Positions 20,349 through 28,700 of a DNA stretch of 32,132 nt are shown piece by piece. The stretch comes from Trichomonas gallinae (Eukaryota). The notes under the pieces are model-generated. The model saw nothing but the letters and a program-made list of their open reading frames with translations. It was not told where the DNA came from and did no database searches. Each line of letters begins with the position of its first letter. The first letter of the stretch is position 1. Position numbers and translations under genes: made by a program. Where the stretch lies: assembly GCA_008369845.1 (NCBI GenBank), contig MRSU01007562.1:1-32132 (forward strand), given 5' to 3'.

Positions 20349-20951
20349 TTATAAATCATATACAGATGAAAGATCAGGCACTCTCCATGTCGATAGGCAA
20401 TCGATATCATCAGAGTATTCACTTGATAGCGATGGGATCTCGAAGATTGGTTCGGGAAATAGCAAAGATTCAACTATTGGGGGAGAAATTGTGCGCTTAT
20501 GTTCTATATTTACAGGCGTTGGATAAGAATATGATAGTGACTTCTTCCGTAATTGAGAAGATTTTTTGATACTTAAAGTCTGTAATTTTTTCTGTTTTCT
20601 GATTAGCATCTGCCAACGGTTCTTAAGTGCGGCATCTGTCCTTCTGTCAAAGAAATTTCTCATTTGGACCCATTTAGAGCCTATCTCTTTCTGTTTTTGC
20701 AAAAGAAGTTGATCTTCTTCTGGTGTAAAAGGAGAATTATTGATTGAAGGAGATAGATAGTTCTCCCATCTCTCCTTGCATTGTCTAGCATTCCTATTTC
20801 CCATCGCTGCAGCAATGTCTGGCCAAGATTTCGTTCCGATTTCGTTAATTATTTCACGTAGTTTCTGATCATCTTCTTCTGTGAACTTCTGCTTCGGAAG
20901 GCTACGTGGTGATAATCCTTTCGCGTCGGCATATTCACTAGGTGATGACAT
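20349..20951 (-). CDS. R2R3 Myb-like DNA-binding transcription factor
   Basis: 200 aa with two Myb repeats: KFTEEDDQKL..W..IA..RNARQCKERWENYL and FTPEEDQLLL..GSKW..RTDAALKNRW. Confidence 0.95.
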   Translation of the reverse strand: MSSPSEYADAKGLSPRSLPKQKFTEEDDQKLREIINEIGTKSWPDIAAAMGNRNARQCKERWENYLSPSINNSPFTPEEDQLLLQKQKEIGSKWVQMRNFFDRRTDAALKNRWQMLIRKQKKLQTLSIKKSSQLRKKSLSYSYPTPVNIEHKRTISPPIVESLLFPEPIFEIPSLSSEYSDDIDCLSTWRVPDLSSVYDL

Positions 20952-21864
20952 AATAACTTTTTTTTTGCTAATGTTAAAAAAAAAATTTAGCCGACATTTT
21001 TTTTGAAAGGTTTACAAATTCTGATGTTATCAAATAACGTATCGTCCTTTATACAATTATCCTCTTTTTGTATAAACAATTTCAAACTATAAATATAACC
21101 TATATTTCAAATTAAAATGAGTTAGTTATTAGATATATCATGTTCCAAGCTGAAGATTTTCTAGAAAAAAGCGGATCTGTTTTTATTTGTAAAAATTTAT
21201 TGCGTGTAAACTTATGAAAATATGACATCTCAAAAGGTTTCTATGCAAATTCAATAGCAACGGCCTTTGAAACTCGATGTTTGGTCCATTGCAAGTGTCT
21301 TTGGGAATTAACAAACATATTTTCCAAAAAACGTTGCATTTTTTTTGAACTCGAATATTATTGAAAAAACAAAATCTTTAGTATTCGGATTTATTTCAGT
21401 GGGAATAGATTGTCATCGATGTGTTGTCGATGGGCTACAGACTCATTATTTCGAAATGTTGATGTTTATCAGATCCAATAGAAATTGAATGACATCAATC
21501 GAGAGTTCCATATTCGTTTAGCTTGTGACGAACAGTATCAAAATACCACGAAATTAACCATCGATTTACATTATATTCGATAAACCTTTGTTTTTGGAAC
21601 ATCTTCATCTCTTGCTTTCGCATCAACCCACTAATCGTATTTTGCTATTCATTAGTCACAAATTTGATGATATATTTTCATAATTTTTTCAAAACAATCT
21701 TTATGAGCCAAAAACAATAAAATCATATTTAAATTGATCTTAAAATCATTTCTAAACACAAATAATTCTTCAATTTTTAAGTTCGAAATCGAAATTCGAT
21801 AATTTCATCGAATCCTTGTTAAAAACAGAAGCAGATATTTTATAATTCTACCAACAGCTTATAT

Positions 21865-22310
21865 TTGGCTGATATTGTGCCTCCCAAAGGGTACAAGATT
21901 GTTTTGCATGATGAATTTGACCAAGGAACAGAGCCAAACTTAAATGAGTGGTACTACGAAGAGTTTCCACCATTCAAATTTAACAATGAATCTCAAGTCT
22001 ACGTTGCTGGATGGAAAGATAATGAGCAACTTGCTGTTGTAAATGGAGGCATACTTTCGATATTTGCAAAGAATATTGGTGGACAAGTTTACTCAATCCG
22101 TATGAAAACAAAGAGGAACTGGAGATATGGATACTTCGAGGCTAGAATTAAAGTTCCTTCAGGAAGAGGAACATGGCCAGCCTTCTGGATGCTTCCTTCT
22201 AACTTCGTTCAATGGCCCTTGGATGGAAAAATCGATATCATGGAGTATATTGGCTATGAAAGAGATACAACAGACGCTTCAATACACTGCCAGGCCTATA
22301 ACCACGTTAT
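21865..22310 (+). pseudogene. Glycoside hydrolase family 16 (laminarinase/beta-glucanase-like) relic, truncated
   Basis: GH16 motifs HDEFD, NNESQ.Y, YGYFEARIKVP.GRGTWPAFWML, WP.DGKIDIME and IHCQAYNH. There is no upstream in-frame ATG (TTG start, TAA at 21820), the catalytic E is changed to K, and the C-terminal part is missing. Confidence 0.85.
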
Positions 22311-22450
22311 CATGAAGTTGTCAAACTCCTTCTCACAGAATAGATGTCAATGCAAAAGGCTCTATGAATGAAACAGCTTTAATTAATGCTTCATATAATG
22401 GTCATCATGAAGTTGTCAAACTTCTACTCACAGTTCCTGGAATAGATTTC
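22311..22450 (+). pseudogene. Ankyrin-repeat gene fragment (about 1.4 repeats, frameshifted)
   Basis: Reconstructs to HEVVKLLLT(VPG)IDVNAKGSMNETALINASYNGHHEVVKLLLTVPGID. CATGAAGTTGTCAAACT occurs at 22311 and 22406, 95 nt apart, which equals a 102-nt repeat minus a 7-nt deletion. Confidence 0.85.
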
Positions 22451-22607
22451 ATCAGTTACTCAACGTTAATAATTAATGAGATAATAATTTCAGACTTTAG
22501 TGCGAAATCTTGGCTCAATACTGCAGCCATTGGTTGTATTGTGTTCATTGGAATACTTAATAATAAATTCTAAATAAAACTTTATCAAAAAATAATAAAT
22601 AAAAATT

Positions 22608-25148
22608 CTATTTGCGACCTTTCTTAGGATGTTTCGCGAAGTATTCTTGTTTGTTCTTTGTTCGTTTGTGCATCTTCTCTTCCTCTGCCTTCCTTTCAGC
22701 CTTCTCCTTTTCCTGTCTAAGGATCTCTGCTGCTTTGTTCTTCTCAGCTGTCTTCTTCTGATACAATGCCTTGAACTTCTCGAACATGTTAGAAACCTTG
22801 GCCTCGCTTTCGTCATAAATAACAGCCCTCGCCTTTGGCTCCTCTTTCTTCTTCCTGAGCTCATAAGGCAAGTTCTCCTTGATGGACTTCGGAATCTTCG
22901 GCGCGTGCTCGACTTTTTCTTCCCTGATGACTTCCTTGTAGACAGAGTCCTCCTTGTACTGCGGCCTCAATCCTAGATCGCTGCGGATCTCGGCGTAAGT
23001 TCTCAGCAGTGGAATATCGTCTGTCACGAAGTTCTTGATCTCGGAGAAGAACTCGACTGGCTTGACTTCAACCCAGCCGTTTATAAACACGATGTCGCTC
23101 TTCCTTATCTGGTCTTCGAAAGAGCATCTCACGATGCCGTTTTTGTCAGCCGCCTTGATCACGCCTCTGATCTTAGAAACTGTCTGAACCTGCGCGTTGA
23201 TGAACTGGTTCGCCTCAACTTCGCTGGTGAACATGCCTTCAATCATAGCTGTTCTCGTGTGGATTTCCTTAGGATAACCTTTGACTCTCAGCTTTTTGAC
23301 GACTTTTCCGTCGCCCATTTCTTTGAGAGTCACGCCTGTCCCGCTCACTCTGAATGCGACTAGTTCCTCCTTGATGTGCTGGAAGGCTGTGACACCGACA
23401 TTTATTGCGCTGTTCGGTCCGTAGTATGTCGCGTAGTTTGTCGCTAAATCTTTAAGATATTTGAGGTGAACTAATCTGCCGCCTCTGTCTTCATTGAAAT
23501 AGATCGGAATCGTCTGGAATCTGCGCCAGCCGACAGATATGATGTAGGGGTCCGTGCTCTTGAGAGGCCTGTCGTAGAATCTGTGCTTTTTGATCTTGAT
23601 CCACTGCCTTGAAACTTTTGTTTCTTCTTCGAAAAGTGTTCCGATGATTATTGGCTTCGCTGGGTCAAGTCGCTGGATGAATTGGGCTGGAATGTCTGTG
23701 AATTCGAGCTTGACGTATTTTCCTGGTGCAATTCTGCCTTCTTCGACAGGAATTTGAGGTTCTTCGAATCCATCTGAACTTTCTCCAGCAAATTCGTCGT
23801 GCTGTGGACCTTCCACGTCTTCTTCTTCATTGTTGTCTTCTTCTTCGATTTCTTCTTCCTTTTGCTGTAGTTTTTCCGGTTGTTTTGGATTTGATTTTTC
23901 TTCTTTCGGTTTTTCTTCTTCTTTCGCGACTTGGAGCTTCACACCTGGCATAATTTCCATTTCCTCCTCTTCTTCATCAGCCTTTGCCGCTGGTTTTTGC
24001 TGCATTTCGCGAACTTTTCTTACACCTTCAGTTACTTCGATTCCTTCATCAAGTTCTTCCATCTGCTCCTGAGTGAGCTCCAATTCTGGCTTGTGGATGT
24101 CCGTGAAGTTGATTTGGTTGATTGGTAAATCGATTGTGCCGCCACCTTCATCATCAAGAATGACACCGCCGAGGGTAGACATAGGAGCATGTATTGTTCT
24201 CTGTGCCTTGATGAGTGTTCTCGTTGAAGCCTTTTTTGTGACAATTGGACATGGATCTTCAAGCTCTGTTGCTTTTGCGACAACAACATCGCCAACACCT
24301 GCTAAGTGGCAGTGGTCACCATCTTTGAAGCCAATACCGCGGCTATATCCGTATAAAAGAGTCTTAGATGGATCATCTGGCGATTTTTCTGCGCGATCAA
24401 CGAGACAAAACGCTCTATCTTTGCGAAAACTGAGTGCATTGATCTTTGATATGTTGAGTAAACGTGCTAATGCTTGAATTGATTTCTTTTCGTATTTTCC
24501 ATTAACAATCTTTTCGAGTTTGTAAACTTTGATGCCTGTATTGAGTTCCTTTCTGAATCTGTCTTTGATCTCAACGCCAGCAGACTTATCAACTGTATCT
24601 AAATGCGTGATAATTCCCATAACTCTTGGAAAACCGTGGCTGAGAAGCAAATTGAGGAACTCAAATGTTTCCATTTCGAATCCATGCTCTGCATTTACCA
24701 TTAGGAGCACGTAATCGGCGATTTTTGCAGCATCAATCATTGAATTGATGTCGTTTGCAACTTCGATGAATGTAATTCTCTGTACTTTCGATATTGCAAC
24801 TGTTATTGGTCCTTTGAGCTCGACAATCCTTTGCTGTGAGTAATGTTTAATTAAACTACGAATAAGCATGGATTTTCCGCAACCCGGAGGACCTTGAACA
24901 GCAACAACGATCGGCGGATCTTCCGGCTGAAGCTTATGCGTTGGTGCCTGGAATAATCTGATTTGTTCGATATTAATTTGGTGAGCAATCGCATTTTTCG
25001 CTTTCTGTCCTTTGTGGTAGCCGTATGCCTTGATATTGTGAGTATCAATGCTCTTTACTTTCTCCTTTGTCACATGATGCGCCTTATTTTCCTGTGGCGC
25101 CTCCATTTTTGGAAAAGACAAAATCAAGATTTTGGAATTTGTGGCCAT
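22608..25148 (-). CDS. BMS1: Ribosome biogenesis GTPase BMS1
   Basis: PPIVVAVQGPPGCGKSMLIRSLIKHY, GPITV, MIDAAKIADYVLL, GFEMETFEFLN..HGFPRVMGIITHLD; C-terminal KKHRFY..LKSTDP..ISVGWRRFQTIP and TVSKIRGVIKAA. The true start may be the second ATG at 25106 (AAAAATG context, MEAPQ). Confidence 0.95.
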   Translation of the reverse strand: MATNSKILILSFPKMEAPQENKAHHVTKEKVKSIDTHNIKAYGYHKGQKAKNAIAHQINIEQIRLFQAPTHKLQPEDPPIVVAVQGPPGCGKSMLIRSLIKHYSQQRIVELKGPITVAISKVQRITFIEVANDINSMIDAAKIADYVLLMVNAEHGFEMETFEFLNLLLSHGFPRVMGIITHLDTVDKSAGVEIKDRFRKELNTGIKVYKLEKIVNGKYEKKSIQALARLLNISKINALSFRKDRAFCLVDRAEKSPDDPSKTLLYGYSRGIGFKDGDHCHLAGVGDVVVAKATELEDPCPIVTKKASTRTLIKAQRTIHAPMSTLGGVILDDEGGGTIDLPINQINFTDIHKPELELTQEQMEELDEGIEVTEGVRKVREMQQKPAAKADEEEEEMEIMPGVKLQVAKEEEKPKEEKSNPKQPEKLQQKEEEIEEEDNNEEEDVEGPQHDEFAGESSDGFEEPQIPVEEGRIAPGKYVKLEFTDIPAQFIQRLDPAKPIIIGTLFEEETKVSRQWIKIKKHRFYDRPLKSTDPYIISVGWRRFQTIPIYFNEDRGGRLVHLKYLKDLATNYATYYGPNSAINVGVTAFQHIKEELVAFRVSGTGVTLKEMGDGKVVKKLRVKGYPKEIHTRTAMIEGMFTSEVEANQFINAQVQTVSKIRGVIKAADKNGIVRCSFEDQIRKSDIVFINGWVEVKPVEFFSEIKNFVTDDIPLLRTYAEIRSDLGLRPQYKEDSVYKEVIREEKVEHAPKIPKSIKENLPYELRKKKEEPKARAVIYDESEAKVSNMFEKFKALYQKKTAEKNKAAEILRQEKEKAERKAEEEKMHKRTKNKQEYFAKHPKKGRK

Positions 25149-25268
25149 CGTTTTTTATTTATTATTTGTAACCATTATAACATAAAAATAATATTGTATT
25201 ATTTAGATTTCGGAAAATTTGTGTATTTCATGGTAAAATAATTGATTTATTAATTCTTATTTATTTGT

Positions 25269-25340
25269 CAGATTTTGTTTACATGACATATTTTATTTAC
25301 ATGACAGATTTTGTTTACATGACATATTTTGACATGTAAA
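25269..25340 (+). repeat. 18-bp tandem repeat CA(G/T)ATTTT(G/A)TTTACATGA x3 plus a partly inverted fourth unit
   Basis: Units at 25269, 25287 and 25305 (first and third identical), then CATATTTTGACATGTAAA at 25323. Confidence 0.9.
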
Positions 25341-25777
25341 TTTCGTCAATTTTTTTTCCCCAAAAACGAGAAATATCACTCTAGATAGATGCTATTCTTA
25401 CTATATAAATTTGGAGTCAAGCAGACGAACATAAAGAATGTTTTATTTTACCCAATATGTTTGCGCACGAGATCATTGAAGTCAAAATATTTCATTGTAT
25501 GGAAGCAAGAAAACAATAGATTTCATATCATGCTATAGAATACTTATATGTACATATATTATACAAATATAAAAAAGATCAAGTACTTCAAAATAGCTGC
25601 TTTATGAGCACATTATTTGTCAATTTGTTAGATACCTGAAGCAAATCAGAGATTGACACACATATTGTAGAAAGATACACATATACCAAAATATATTTAT
25701 ATAAGAATAGCACAAGTATATTTACAAAATAAATGGATAATATAAAATCTAAAAACAAAAAAATATAAAATATAAAA

Positions 25778-28700
25778 TTACAATTTGGAAATTGATCTTG
25801 GAGGAAGTGAAGGCTTTGTGATTGGACTGATTTTAGATGCAGCTCTTGCCATTGATGACTTTGTTCCGTTAAATCGAAGCGTGGCTTCCATTTGCTTCTT
25901 TTGTTCAACACTTCTTCCATCTTTGTCCGCTTCATATCTTTCAATCTGGATTTTGAGAAGCTCGTTCTCCTTCTTGAGCTTGATGTTCTCCTGGGAAACT
26001 GATGATGTGGCGAGCTCTCTGTTCTTCATATCTGCCTGCCAGTCTCTAGCTTCCTGACTCAGCACTGAGTTAGATGTTCTCAGCATAATTCCGCGGCTGA
26101 TTCTTTGGTCCCTGATTTGCTCTCTCATCTTCTGGATGTCTTTCATTGGCTTCCTGATATCACTCTCGGCCCGCATCTCTATTTCGTCTGATTCTCTTCT
26201 TAAGTCTTCAAGTTCAGTTGTCTTAGCTTCGAGTTTCTGGAGAAGTTCGTCGATGTTAACATCACCCATGTTGTCGAATTTAGCGATTTCGTTCTTCAAG
26301 TCGTCTGCTTTACGCTCATTCTTCGCCTTCCAGTGCACGAGTTGGATGTTCGACATCTTCTCGTTCTCAAGCTGCTGCTTGACTTTTTCAATTTCGATTT
26401 CGAGATTCGCGAGTCTCCTTGAAGTATCAATCAACTGTTCCATCATTAATTTGCCGTTTTCATCGTAGTCGAGTTTTGCACCCCAAAGTGTAGCATTTGC
26501 CGCTCTTCTGTCTGACTCAGCTGATGCAATCTTCTTCTTGAACGTTCTTCTCAGTGCTATCATAGCCATGCACCTTGTTATTCGCAATATCTTGATCTTC
26601 TTCGCGAGATCCGCGTTTTCTGCATTGATGTTATCGAGCTTATCTTTCGGATTTACAGATTCTTCGTGAGCTGTTTCTCCCTCTTTCCTTTCTAGTGTAA
26701 CACCTTGAGCTGTTAAGATTCTCTTTGAAACTGTGTCGAGAACTGACTTCTTGATGCCACCGAATTCGCTCTGCTTGAAGTTAATTTCTTTCTTCAAGTC
26801 AGTCACCAAGTCATCGAAAACGACTCTTTCTTCAGCGATCATCTGCTGTTCTTGCGCAGATCTGTTCTCCTTTAGCAAAGCCAGTCTGCCTCTCAAGTTG
26901 TTAATCTCGAAGAAGGAGTCAGTGAACAAGACAGAGCTTTGGCTTGCAATTTGTCTTTCCAGTCTCGTGTCTTGGATTTGCTGGTAAATTGTCAGCAAAA
27001 TTCCTTCCTCGTCGTTGTTCGTCAGCTGACTGGATAAAGCCCTGATATAATCTCCCCATGTCGTATTCAAGTCATTGACTGAGCCTTCACCGAAAATAGA
27101 CAATGCGTTCGTCATCTTCAAAGCCATTGCTTCGAAAACGTCAGCATCGTACAAAGTATCAAAGGTTCCATCGTGATTTCTTCTCTCGAGCGTTGTTGTA
27201 TCGAGGGCAGTAAACAGCTTATTTGTGAGCTGCGCGATAGAATACCTCAGCTCTTCATTGAACTGCTTGTCAACTTGCTGAGGAGTGACTTGTGTGAGTG
27301 ACTGGTTCTTTGAGTTAGAGTAAATCTCAGATGTTATATCTGGCTTAAGTTCCGCGACATTCTTAATGCCGCTGGAAAGTCCGTGCTCTATTGTAGAGAC
27401 TTGTTCTTGAACGATCTTAATCTGTGAGTTAAGCAGGATGCAGTCTATCGCATTTCTGGCGACGTCAAATGTTGTCTGTGTCTGTTTCTGGATGGAAACA
27501 GGAGTGAATTTTTGTGTCGTTTCATCATCAACTGACAAAACTTTGTTGACTTCGCTGAGAATGACATCATTCCACATCTGAGCGCCAGCGACAGCAGCTG
27601 TGTGCGACAAAAGAGAAACTGTGGATTCTTGTGTGATTTCGTTTTGCGAATATTTTTCGAGCAACAAATAATAAGCGAACTTGAGATGATACAAACAAAT
27701 CGCGTCCTTCAAGAAACGAATTGAAGCAGGAAGAATCTGGAAATACTCCATGACAGATGTACCCTTGATTCCTTTGATTGCAATGTCCAAGAATTGGTCA
27801 GTTGCCTGCAAGCTGTTAGAGAAATCGAGTCTGTCGTGATCTCTCGCTCCAGCTAAGAACAAAAATGCCCAAGAAGGCGCGTATCTAGTCTGCGAAATTA
27901 AGTGTTCATCGACATGTGTTGCCACGTGCATCTGTTTCCAGAGATCTTTGACGATCAAGCAGAACTTCGGGTGACTCTTCTTCGCTAAAGCTTCTTCTGT
28001 TGACTCTCCTGATCTCGCGCTGTCGATCTTCATGCTCTGATAGAAGAACTCGATTGTTCTCAAAGCTGCGTGTTCGATTCTGTAGAAATAATGAAGTGCT
28101 TTGTCTTCGAGGTATTTCGCTGCGATATCTACTTGCCTCGAGTTTGGAAGCCTGACAAGTTCATTCGTGAGTTTCTGGAAGAAGCCAGTTTCCATCGAGA
28201 ACTTTCCATTGTACAAAGAAGGATACAACTGGTTTGAGTTCATAGCAATTGAACACTCGAATTTTGTCAGTATCAAAAGTCTGAGTCTATAAATAACATA
28301 ACTCAACAAATCTTTCATCGACATAAGTTGTCTCGCATAAGGAGTCGTCTGCATCATCTGGAAGACTTCAACCCACGTAGGAACATAGAAGAAGGCGTCA
28401 ATATTGCCTGCTTCTGTTGCAAGGGCGACGTTTGGCTGAGGACCGAGTGTAAAAGTGTCAACAAAAGCGTTTGAAAGCAAAACCATTCTTTCTATGTTTG
28501 TCACGCGCATTATTTCATACCTGTAGATTGCAACTGAGAAAGCTTCAAGCATCTCTTTGCGGTAAAGATCGTACAATGCTTCTGAGTTGTAGTCCCTCTG
28601 GCGGACCTTTGATGTCAAAAGAGTTCTCGTTCTTGTTTTGATCGAAGAAATCGAAATCATGAAGCTCAGCTTATCATTCTGCATCAATTGGTTGTCTCTG

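Noticed and set aside
21260..21310. PLKLDVWSIASVF resembling kinase subdomain IX
   Set aside because: No other kinase motifs are in register; too short to call.
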